From contig JADIIX010000121.1 of assembly GCA_027604505.1 (NCBI GenBank), positions 1 through 64,000 of the forward strand: a DNA stretch of 64,000 bases. Direction: 5' to 3'. The position numbers and the translations under genes were made by a program. Under the pieces are notes generated by a model that searched no databases, was not told the origin of the DNA, and was given only the letters and a program-made list of their open reading frames with translations. Shown here piece by piece: positions 1 through 11,821 of the stretch (positions are counted from its first letter, which is position 1; each line of letters starts with the position of its first letter). This DNA is from Gonapodya sp. JEL0774. Lineage: Eukaryota.

Positions 1-782
1 CACACTGCATTCGAGTTCAGACATACATACATTGAGTTTCGGGACAGAAACCCACGGTTCCGCCGCGAACCACCACAGGTAAATGGACCACCCATAAAAT
101 GTTATGACTACTAGGACCAACAGAGGATTAGTGAACCCCCGAAGGCATTCACTCATCGCTGGTACTAAAACTATTTCTTCCCCTCATCTCCCCAGCCCTA
201 CCATCTTGCACATTTGCAGCATAACTCCCTCCTGATAACGTTACTGCAGGAGATGAAGAATCTTGAGACAGCCTATCAGGTGAACTGATACTCATCTGAG
301 ACATCACAAAGTATGGAGGGACATCAAACAGATTTTTTCTTGTTCATCTAACTGCCTGCCTCCTAATGGATGGAAGAGTCTAGTTACAGTGTTATGACTT
401 ATGGGATCAACGATAAGCAGAAAACAGCTTACTTGTTGTAGTTTCAGCAAGTCAAGGAATGTATGAGCAAGCTTGGGTTAGCTTGTGCAGCGTGCGGCCT
501 TCATTGCTTAGGAGGGTGAACGGTCATTCGGGAAATGGAACATCCTCCATAATTCACCATTCCGTTTCAATGAATGAACTTGACAGTAGAGATTAAAATG
601 TATAAGTTTCTAATTTCGGAGCGGTTGGAGCGGGTGGCCGATCCGGATTGGGTTGGGGAGGTGGAGCAGAGGGATGTGTTCCTTTGGAGGGATCTCGTCA
701 GCTACTTTGGATAGAATCCAACTCAGCTCCACTGAAACCTATCCATCCGAATCCACGGGGAGACAAGCCGTTTCTTCGAGAA

Positions 783-3398
783 ATGGCGACCTCACATACT
801 ACACCCGGTGATGGTCCTGCCAGTATCGAGGATCGTGAGAGGCAATTTTGGGGAACGCGGAGTATCGAAGCTGCCTCTGTTCCTCGGACGGTATTCGCCG
901 CAACAGCAGCGACTGGAACGAGCATATCTGCACCGCCGCTGTCGCCGCTTTTTGTTGGATCTGCCTCCCCTCTCCCACACCCACTCACTCCTACTCTAAA
1001 TCCTCATGTTGCAACAAACTTCCATCGAAATTCGAGCCCTGTGGATGAAACTGCCATTGCTGGTCGCCACAATGACACAGCCGCATCTCTACCGCATCTC
1101 TCATCGACTTCTGATTCTCTCCCGAGCTCAAACTTCCTCCAATCCGCACCCCCAGCCGCAACCGTCAGGATGAACTATTTCTCCTTCTTTTTTGGAAATT
1201 TCAATTCTATTTCCAGAGCGTCTAGACTACTGCTCGCAGTCTCCGTTGTGGTCATGATTGCACAGGTGGGTGACGGAGGTGGCCACCGGCGTTACGGGAT
1301 AGACCCATGGTAGATGATGCATAGGCTTCCCAGAAATTGTGCATCTGTAGGTGACCTGAGGTTCAATCTGGAGCTTTCTTGTGAAAATTACTATGGGTCG
1401 TTGAGCGTAGGTCCAAGTCGGTTCTGGCTGCTTGCTTGAACCCATGACCCAAGTCACTTTCAGCGTTGCAACTCCCCTCTGAATCAACAATCTTCCTATA
1501 CTACTGCAGATCACCGCCTCCATCGTTGCCCTTATAATATCGGCCCCCCAATCGTGTGACCAGCCACTCCAGCTCTTCATCGCCCTGTACTGCTCACGGG
1601 TCGCCATTTCGCTCCCACTCGTGGTCTACCAGCACCTCCACCCCCGCCGGCGAAGAGCCGTTGCGCCAGGGAGACCAGGTGGAGCGCATCCGGGTCAGGA
1701 TGCCGCTGCGGGGCAGGGCCAAGGCAGCGTTGGCGACGCCGTGGCCCGTAGCGCTCGCCGAGGGCTCCGTGGCGGCTCTTCTTCCTCTAATGAATCACCC
1801 TCTTCTGTAACCACTCCCAACCCTTCCGCTGCGGACCTTGGAGTGGGGAGTTCCCCTGCTGTCCTTACATCCCTTGACCGTGACTGGTCTCCGACTGTGG
1901 ACAGACTCAAGTCTGCTCTCGATCTTCTATCCACCATACTCTTTCTTGCGGCAAACTTTTGGGTTTTTGGGAGCAGGACTTGTAGGGAGACCGCGCCAGT
2001 GCTGTACTGGACGGGGTTCTCTTGGGTGGTATGGGGATGGATTGTGGTTGGTGTACCGGTCGGAGTATGTGGTGAGTGTTGGTACCGTAATCTGGGACAT
2101 TCATGAAGAAGGCTACAAGTGCTTCCGGTTTGATGGTACTTGTACGCATGTGGAAATATGGTTTGTGTGGTCATACCGAAAGGTGAAGGATATGGATGTT
2201 GCAGGTGGATAAGACTGAAGGATGGGTGAAAGGATGGGAGACATTTTATTCAGCGAGCAAATTCGAAGAGCTCATTTGCATGTGTTAATTCTCCACTAAC
2301 TCTCCCACTTTCAAGCCTCCATTATCTTCTGTCTCCCTTGCGTCCTGCTCGTCATGCGCACCCTCCGCCTCTCGACACCCCTCGGTCCCGGTCTCGGGGG
2401 CATGGGCGCCGGTGAAGATGTCATCAAGAAGCTGCCCGAGGTGCGATACAGAAGAGCGGCAGAGAGACCTGGTGGAGAGGCAACACATACCCACGCACTG
2501 CAGGGGGCGCCTGTCATGGATGAACAGCCAGATGGTGTGGGGCAAATGAGGTTGGATGTGGAGCAGGACAAGCATGTTGGTGCCAAGATGTTCCCGCATG
2601 ACTGCGCAGCAGCCGAACTCCCCTCCTCCGATCCGGAACACCTTCCCGTTCCCTCTTCTTCCACTCACCCTTCACATCGACTGACCCACTCACGCGCATC
2701 GTCGGCAGCCACAGGCATGTTATCAGTTGCGACGTCCGAAGGGAGGAGACCCCCTTCCTCGCTTGATAAACGAGCCTCGGGGAGCTTTGAAACACTGCTG
2801 AGTGATATGGAAGTGACTTTGGGTGATGCCCCAGTTGAGACACCTGTTGCGTCGCAGTCAAATGAGCCCGACGGTGTCCCGTCCTCTTCTTCAATTGGAC
2901 TTACTCCCGCCCATAGCCACGTGCTGCCTGTTTTTCGCACCCCCAGCTTCGCAACAATAGACCTGCCTGGTGTCCCCGTCCCTAACACGACCCCGACTCC
3001 GCGCCCTGTGTCTTCAATGCCATCAATTCCCTCAATCCCTTCAGCCCTTCGCCGAGCTGGTCTCCTCCCTCTTCCGCCTCGGCCTACAGTGTATTTAGAG
3101 GATGACGATGCCGTATGCGTAATCTGCTTGATGGCATATGAGGATGGAGAGGTACTGAAGAGGTTGTGGTGTGGTCATCATTTCCATACCGAGGTGAGCT
3201 AAATTGCCTCATGTCCGCAACGTAACAATAATCGGATGTTCAGCTGACCTGTTGGCCTCGTCCTCCATTTCTCTGGACTTTCAGTGTGTCGCCGAATGGC
3301 TCCGTCACAATAAAACTTGTCCGCTATGCGTGAGAGACGTCACATTAGGTCCAATGACACCCGGGGAGCTGGTTGGCGCGAATCTTGCGAGGAGTTGA
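783..3398 (+). CDS. Multi-pass transmembrane RING-H2 E3 ubiquitin ligase (4 exons)
   Basis: Exons 783-1265, 1510-2071, 2316-3193 and 3285-3398 splice in frame across GT-AG introns. Hydrophobic segments (ITASIVALIISAPQSCDQPLQLFIALY; IIFCLPCVLLVM) precede a C-terminal CVICL...CGHHFHTECVAEWL...CPLC RING-H2 motif. Confidence 0.9.
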
Positions 3399-3637
3399 AC
3401 TGGCAAAAATTTCGTTTGCATATGTTTTGGACTCTTTTTGGTTGGCGTACAGTTGATAGATGGGATTTACATAATGAAATCTAGCATTCGAGCATTCTAT
3501 CATGAGATGAGATTTGTGTGTTAAATGTTGCAACTGAGATGACACCTCGCAAAATCGAGTAATATGATAAAATAATCGAAAATTTCCCAGTGCTATTTGC
3601 AGAATGCGTCCCGCATCGCATGTTCATTACGTTTAAA

Positions 3638-5783
3638 TCAATTGACATTGATAGCAGCTTCCCGTGCTCGTTTCTCCTTCGCATGCAACCGAATCAGATA
3701 TATCGGGAAGATGAGGACCAGAGGTTGAATGAAGGTGAGTAGCTGTGATGCAAAGACAGAATGATTTGTAAGGCAATGCAAACCCCAAGGAAGTGTGCAA
3801 AACGCACAAGGTTCACAAGGAAGTAGTGTCCGTGCAATCCGTTCAAAGCGAAAGAGTTGAGATAATACTGGATGATGTTGGAGAACCCACACAGAAACAT
3901 TTGTAACCCTTAAGCAGAACCCAAAAAAAAGAAGCTCATGTTACTTGCAATGCGACGAGAATCCAAACCAAAGAACCGACCGTAAACCCTTCCAAATGTT
4001 TTGAAACCAAACGTTTGGCTTGCGTATGTGATTGTAGCGCTGTACATGAAAGGCCGCAAGAAACCTCCGCAAATCGCAACCCAATATTGATTGGAAAGAT
4101 CCGAAGAGAGCCTGCCACAACAGTGGTCGTATAAAAAAACGATTAAGGCAACACAATGGCTGAGTAAGACATACCCTAGAACAGCGAAGGGCACTGCGAA
4201 AACAAAGAACTGGCCTACAAGATTCACGTAGATTGGAAAGTTGTCGAGCAGCCTCCGAGGAAAAGAAGGTCAGGACTTTCCGAGAATACACCGCATCCCA
4301 CGAACAACAACTCACCACCCCACCACTGGTATTGTTGCGGTAGCACCCAGGGAAAGGGTGAAGTTGAAGACACTCAAAATTGTGTCCCTCATCTCCTGCT
4401 CCTGCTCGGAAGGCACTGAGTGCCCCACTACGTGTTTCTCTCCTAGCTGTTCCGCCACGCTTGAGATATAAAAGTTGATCCGCAACATGAAGAAGAACAT
4501 CCAGAGCGTGTTGAGAATCCATTCTGGAGTTGCCACTTGAGACAACGCTCCGAGGGTCTGTATGAACATCTGCCGTTGGCTCAATCTGCTCGGTGGATCA
4601 ACGTGCGAAGCGGCAGATTCAATGTCTTCCGGACTGACATCACCCAGTAGTGGTGTCTGCTCGTCGACGAGGGAGCCAGGTCCCTTGGAATCAAAGGCCT
4701 TTCGTGGCGCCCCCACTGTATCATCCGAGTCAACGTGTTCAACATCAACGCCTGCTTCATCTCCAGTTTCTCGTTGTTTGGCCTTATCATGGCTGGCCCT
4801 GTTGTTCTCCGAATCGTCGAACCATTCAAAGCTTTCGTTATGCTGCAGGGCAAAGTTGGCGACCACGAGGACAAGGGGAACAGATAGATAGCTCAGAAAC
4901 CAAATACGCGGTGTCACAGACCCATTCGTATATCGGTATACCAATTGATAAAAAGGAAAAACAACAGCGGACGTATCGAATCCCCCCGATAGGAGTGCCA
5001 TAATTGTTCCCGAGCGGTTGGGGAATGTTAGAGAGAGATGTATGATGGACATATAGATAAGCAAACTTGATTTACGTGGACCGAGTTCAGAAGGAGGAGA
5101 ATATTCCTTAAGTTTCTGCGAAAATGCGTGCTCACCCGCCGAAAGCCATAAGGACGAAGCCGATAATGTACCCATCAAACACTGGGAGAGGTGACAGGAA
5201 GGAAGTATGTGAACACAGTGACTAACGAGCATTTGACGTCAGCGAAGTCTTCATACTGGGTGAGCTAACAGCAATGAAAGTGCTCCCGATTCCAAAAGTT
5301 CCACAACCTAGGGCAAATGTGTACTTTGGTCCCGCGTAATCCAAAATTGTTCCCGCCGGAAGCTGTGACATCGCTGTCGAAAGAGCAGCTGAAGAAAACA
5401 TCAGAGAAAGGCGGACAACTGATTGGGCGCAAATTCTGTTTAGCATTGAAAGCGTACCACACAGCAGCCATGCTTACGTTGTGCAGGGCATGGAAGTGAC
5501 TCTCCTTCTCTGCACATGTTCTCATATACATGCTCTTTCACCAAAACCCATTTCAGAGCCTGGAAGCTTTATCGTCAAGGAAGCACGGCAACATCACAGT
5601 GAAAGCAAAAGGCACCAAACGTAATATTTGCCGATGCAGCCGAGACGTGTTAAAAATCACCTCGATCAAAGTCCTTAGTCTGGTAACGCACCCATAGGTC
5701 ACTCCCACGGTCAGCCACGCCGCCGCGCACCCTAGGAGTACTAGAGAGACTCGATGAGCAAGACTTAGTTGATTGGCGAACAT
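3638..5783 (-). CDS. MFS transporter, SLC43/LAT3 (yeast Fmp42-like) family, multi-exon
   Basis: Many hydrophobic exons with motifs PAGTILDYAGPK, GGFDTSAVVFP, MLRINFYISSV and FGFKTFGRVYG. Last exon ends ...AAINVN* at 3638. Confidence 0.8.
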
Positions 5784-5915
5784 TTGGTTTCAGTCGCGGA
5801 ATGGTTGTGCATCCCCGATCAATCATGATAAGGTCAGTTCATGAAGCAACAGATATTATAAATATTATTCCCAAAAAGGGAATCGGAGTCATATCACAAT
5901 TTCCGAGACACCGTC

Positions 5916-7593
5916 ATGACGGATACAAATGCAGGTATTGCCTTACCCAACTTCGATTTGCTCTGGCAAATCTACCCTGCGTGACCGGCCTTTCGGGAAC
6001 CTTATGATGAAAAGATGTCCGTCTCATGACGTTCGCGCACGTTTTGCGCTATCTTCGTGACTTGAACCTTGTTGAAACACTCCAAGCATTTGAACTGGAG
6101 GCCCCATCTCTCTTCGATGACTACCGAAAACACCACCATCGCCCTCCTCCGGAGAAACCGTTGCACGCAATTCTGGAGGAGCTAGCGGAGCAAGAATTGA
6201 AGGAGAGGGGAAAGCAAATTACAGAAGACAAGTGAGTGATAACGCAGTCCCAGGTACTCCTGGCAAAAGCTGCAGGTCCATTTAATTACAAATGACGAGA
6301 TGATTTCTTGGCAATTCATGCGCACGCTCGCTTACCAGAAAAATCGATCTCATTCTCGATGCTGAGCCGTCTGGCTTCTTTCCGTCATCTTGTACAAGGA
6401 TTCTTGATTCCATCCATCACACCAATGTCTTGTTCGTTCGAGGGCACGTTCTACCGTTTGACACGTATGCAGGTTCGATCCAGTTGCCCAAGCAAGAGCG
6501 TATCCTGGTCCTAGCAACAACTTCCACTGACCGAACGTTGCGCATAACGTCCTTCCACGACGGCCGAGTTCTTACAATACTGACGTTCAGCAGCTCCCCT
6601 CTCCTCAGCCTCGATTTTCACCCTACAATACCGACACTTGTCGCCGCCGTGGCAATGGATGGAACTATGTTCTTGGTGGATGTGAGCACTGGCGAGGTGG
6701 TGCAGAGCTGGAAGGAGCACGCGAAGTACGCAGTTCGTTGCGGGTTCTCTGAAGATGGAGAGTGGCTCGTCTCCGCGTCATATGATAAAACCATTCGAAT
6801 TTACAAACGAGAATTAATCAGTGGTGGACTCGGCGTCTTGTCTGCGGCTGTTGAGGAGACAGAACCAGATGTTGTCACTGGAGACTCCGACCTTGATGCT
6901 TTGACGGCAAAGTTGTTCACTCCCCATCCAACATACAAGCTCTCACATGTCAAGACTTTTCGTGGTGCGGTAGAGGCGATGGCATTCCTACCGTCCACCG
7001 ATGTACATCCTTACGCGACTCTGGTCGTCGGTACCCGCAACGACCACTACCTCCACTACATCGGCTTGACAAGCTCTTCGCCTCCACCTAGCCCGGAAGC
7101 TCCGTCAGAGGTCCCCGATGTCGGTCCATTCCCGCATCTTTTGTTTAACCTCAATTCTGGCGACGATACGTGGGTCTCCTTCACGGCAATGGACCTCGCC
7201 TCAAGCCCGTCTGGCAAACACATTCTTGTGCATACGGATTCCCGAGCGGGACGGCTGCTTATTGTGCGGGCGAGACACGCTGGACCAGTTAAATCACTTT
7301 ACGGAATCTCCGTAGACGGTTTGGGCACGTACCGCTGCGCGTGGTCTCCAAGTGGGGACTATGTGTACGCAACTGGTGATGGCATATCAACCGCTGATGT
7401 GTCTGTAGGTGGTGAGGTTGGTGTATGGGAGGTGAAATCGGAGAAGATGGTGGCATGCCTTAAGGGGCACCAAGGAGTGGTGAAGGCCGTCGCGGTGATG
7501 CCAAGGATTGATGACGAAGTGAATTTGAAGTCAGATGTTGTAGTGACCTGCTCTTTCGACAAGTCTGTGCGTATCTGGGAAGTACCCAGTTAA
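5916..7593 (+). CDS. LisH + WD40-repeat protein
   Basis: Short first exon 5916-5934 splices in frame to 6015. LisH-like VLRYLRDLNLVETLQAFELE, then WD repeats (EHAKY...LVSASYDKTIRIY; GHQGVV...CSFDKSVRIWE). Confidence 0.85.
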
Positions 7594-8024
7594 AAACAAT
7601 AATAATATAAATCTTTTTGAGAGTCTTCTACGATCCTCCTGGGATATACACTGCCTAGGAAACTGGTAAGAATTAGGGTATTTGCGTAGTTTATGAGCTG
7701 ATGAGAAGATCATGAGAAGTTGCATGAAAACTGCAAGTTCATTGGAGACCATCCTGGCGTCGTTTGGGGAAACCTTCACATCGCAACCTTCACATCGCAA
7801 CGGACTGTGTCCAACCTCAAAGACGGCAACGAGTTCGCAGACCCCTCCGTGTGTTATCCGTGTCATTGTCGAAGGGAGCATTTGCATGCTTCTTCATAGG
7901 CCTGTCTTGCCCGACGCCGCAAAGAACGCGAATTAAAACCAGATTGGAGTTGCTACAAAGAGACGAATCACGAGGTGGCTATGGAATTTTTCATCCTTCT
8001 ATCTTCTTGGTTAAACGACTGACC

Positions 8025-11000
8025 ATGAGTTTCCCAGTCATGGCCTCAACTCCTGGCGCCCCAGACGGCGCCCTCGCAGCTACAATGATGCAGAGGTTGT
8101 ATCAAACGCAGGCTGGTGTGGCGGCTGCTTCGTCTATCCTTGCTACTGCAACGTCTCCTCAGCGATCGCCAGGGAACGTCAACTTTACCCCGTCGCCGAA
8201 CGCTCACTCTCCTCCCAACAATCTTCATCATAGTCCGATGAACTCGGTGATAGCAGCCCCGAAGCCCTCGAGACCGGGAGCTGGGTTACGTCTGAAGTTT
8301 GACCCAAAGTCAGGTCTTGGACGAATACCTGCAGCGCGTCATTTCCAGCTCAAGAACACCCCTTTGGCAAGAGAAACTCCCCAGCCACAGCAACGGCAAC
8401 TCAACGGTGGCTCTTCTCGCATGGGGAATCCTAACACTTCCGGTGTTGACCCAAATGGACTTTTTCCTGTAAAGCCGTCCAGCTCTCCGGCAGTGCCAGC
8501 ATTCTCACGCCTCATCTCCTCACAACAGCGTGCGCTCCCTCGCTCTCATTCTCACCCCGTCCAATCTGAGTCACCAGACAACTCTCGTGTCCTTAGACTC
8601 CGGTCTGGCTTTTCTCGCCACACTCTCGCGGCTTCCCTTGCGTCCACCGGCCCCTTGCGTCATAATGTAGCTCGATTTTTACCTGCGCATGGTGGGGAAC
8701 CGGTGAACCTGAACACATGGGAACGCCCGATTACTTGGAGGCGTGTTAATCCTGCCCAGGAGAAGAAGGAGAGAGAGCGCGAGGCCAAAGAAAGAGAGAG
8801 GACAGAGCTTGAGAAGATGAAAGCCGAGCTCATCGTTAAGGCGGAGACGTCATCCATTAAAATGGAAACACCAACCCCCTTGATCAAGTTGGACCCGGAC
8901 AGCAAGACCATCCAGGTGGGTAATCGACTTAATGTTGCCACTCATTGGATGAAAGTTCTTTTGTGATTTTCATAACTACCGACTAGCCCTCTTCCATGGA
9001 GGTGGACGTTCCTCTTCCCTCCACCAGTGCCCCTTCCAAGCTCAAACTCTACACCCCGCAGCTAACCGCAGGTGATGACCCCGCCGATCTTTCGATCTCG
9101 GATCCCTCTATTCTCCTTGCTCGCCTCGCTTCACTGCCTCCTCCACAACGTCTCCGTCTCATCCGATCGTTCCCCGTCCGCACTTCGGATGCTGGCTCAG
9201 ATGGGAGTGCGAATTGGGAGGGCGAACAGGTCTCTGGACCTGATAGCCTTATTCCTGGAGTCACAGATGCCTTACCTCAACAACATGCTGATGTCGCACT
9301 GGATCGGCTGGGCACCCAACTTGCCCCTACCCGTCCTTCCTTACCAACTCACTTCGCGCTTGTGCCAGATCCCGGTGGTGGCGCATTTTCCGTAGTTCCA
9401 GTGTACTCTTCCTTTCAGTTTCGCCAGCAAAGGCAGGTTGGAGGCGTGGCTTTGACTGCAGAGGAGGCCGAAAAGGCGATGAGGAAAAAAGATAAGGAAC
9501 GAGCGAAAGGTCTGGTCGGTGCGAAGGGAATAAGAATCGTAGATGGCGTTGCAATTAAAGATGAGCGAGCACCAGTGTGGGGTGGTTTATTGGGACCTCA
9601 AGCGGGCAGCAGTGTGAAACGCGTGGACGGAACACCTGTGAAAATGGAACCCAAGGATGCGGAAGAAGACGAGCGAGAAGTGCAAGATCTTCTCGAAACT
9701 CATTTAGGCCGCCGCGCTGCGCGTGCTGTCATTGCACGAGGAGGAGCGAATGGAGTATCGAACCGGTTCGCGATGGCGCGGGTTGCTGGTGGACTCGGCA
9801 CTACGAATTCCAGTGTCGGAAACGCACAACGTGGACGAGCTCGCGTGGCCAAGGATGATCTCTTGCAAGACGCGGCTGCGGAAGACGCTGAGTTTGCAGA
9901 CGCAACGCATTTCAGCGACGACGAGGAGTTTGGGGCAGCGGGGATGGGTGATGGCGAAGAAGGGGAGTTTGATGGAAGCGGCGCCATTCGACGAGAGATT
10001 GATGAGCATATCAAGGCAAAGGATCGAGCGATGGGGAGGAGGGAAGAGGAAGAGCTGTTTGGGAGTGGTAGCAGCGGCGAAGACGGCGAAGATGATGGCA
10101 CCAAGAAAAAGGACCGCCACTATGACAAGCATGGTATGCGCATAGCTTCCGCACTGAAGCGTGATCGCGATCGTGCCAAGGAATCTGGCGGAGCACGCCC
10201 CGATGACGAGGACGGCTCGAGTGACGAGGACGAAATGGTGTACGATCCTGCAAGGGGGTGGATGAAGGCGTATGGTATTGGAAGCAAGAAAATGGCCATG
10301 AGTGAGGACGAGTCGGACGATAAAGCGAGGCGGGGTCGCCCCATGGTGGCGCAGGGAGGAGGTGTGGATCCATGGTCAGATTTAGGCGTCGGTCGTGCTG
10401 AAATGAAACGAAGAGAAAAAGAGAGACGGCAAAAGGAGCGAGAGGCGAGACAGAAGGCGAAGAGCAATGCGGCAGTGAACAAGTGGACGGGTCCAATTAG
10501 CGGTGGTGGGGCTGGTGGGGCAACCCCTATGAAGTTGGACTCGCAAGTCGTGACGTCTGTGGTTGGGTCGGAGGAAGTAAGAGGAAGAGCGTCCTCTCCT
10601 CCGCCGACACGTCCAAACTCTCCACCTGGGCCAACCCAGCATCGAGCATCCTCCCCTCCCCGTCCCGCCGCGCCCTCGGGTGTTGCGCGACCTGCATCTC
10701 GTGCGACCGGCGCCCGTGCCCCTTCTCGACCTGGGAGCCCCCCTCGCCCTGTTGCTGGCTCCGTCAGTCCGCCTCACGACGCCCGGCCGAATTCTCCACC
10801 CTATCAACCCGCATCCCCTCCCGGTTCGGCTTCCCCTCCCTACACCCCAATGTCGCCCGGCCATTTTCGAAGCGAGAGTAATGGTACCGGAAATGGAGAT
10901 GACGGTGGCACGCGCTCGGGGGGCGCGGAAGGTATTCCAAGAAAAAAACGCAAGGCGGATGATGACGAGGGTGCGACAGGGAGGCCCAAGAGGTTTGCCG

Positions 11001-11498
11001 GACCAGATGGGGAATTGGAGAACGTGGTGGTGATGCCGGATGGGGATGGTAGGTTTTTGTTGTACTGGGTGGCATGGTCGCGAGAACCAGGAAACGTGTG
11101 GATTTACAACTGATTCACTCGTCAGCGAAGGAAATGTATTGTTACCATTCGTTCCATCTCCTTCTGCACATCCTTTAATCCACGCTATGTATCATTCCCT
11201 TTCCTAACCCCGCCTTACCATAGGTCCCCTCACCGACGAGGATTTCGTCCTCGCGATCCAATTGCAACCTGGTGGTCGCTGCACAACGCGGCAGCTCATG
11301 CGAGCTCTCAAGCACCGGTTGGACAAGAATCCCGGTGGAAAGCAGAGCGTCATGGAGCAAGTCAAGAGGTTGGCGAAGCCGTTCAAGACGGAGGATGGGA
11401 AGATATTCTTAACACTGAGGGACGGAGGGAGTGCGGTGCGAGCAGGAGTGCCCGGGGGAGCGGATGGCGCGGGAGGAATCGCCGGTGCGGGGGAGTAA
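8025..11498 (+). CDS. TFG1: Transcription initiation factor TFIIF large subunit (Tfg1/RAP74)
   Basis: Exons 8025-8915, 8987-11048 and 11224-11498. Motifs WERPITWRR, NWEG, LTAEEAEKAM and acidic FSDDEE, then a C-terminal winged-helix-like segment (LTDEDFVLAI...TTRQLMRALK). Confidence 0.75.
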
Positions 11499-11639
11499 GG
11501 TGGTTCCTAGCTACGTTCGTGATCACGTGGGAACGCCGTGGCATCAGGGCAGGTTTGTGGAGACTTTGACGGAAGATTTATCAATTGATTGTCGGAGAGG
11601 GTTAGGGTTAATACAATCATTGATACCGTGAGGGTTAGT

Positions 11640-11769
11640 GAGTAATATACCCAGAATTCTCATCTGGGGTGGTTCGCCACCCCAGAATTCTCATCTGGGG
11701 TGTGGCAAAGCATCCGAAGCAGGGACCACCCCATATGGGGTGCCCCAGAATTCTGTTATCCGAGTAATA
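11640..11769. repeat. Palindrome/hairpin cluster flanked by an 8-bp direct repeat (candidate MITE-like element)
   Basis: GAGTAATA at 11640-11647 and 11762-11769. CCCAGAATTCTCATCTGGGGTG occurs twice (11650, 11681). Perfect 16-bp palindrome CACCCCATATGGGGTG at 11727-11742. Confidence 0.6.
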
Positions 11770-11821
11770 ACAAACACATATTCGCTTTTGGCCAATGCCC
11801 ATATTTATGTAAAACCCCACG

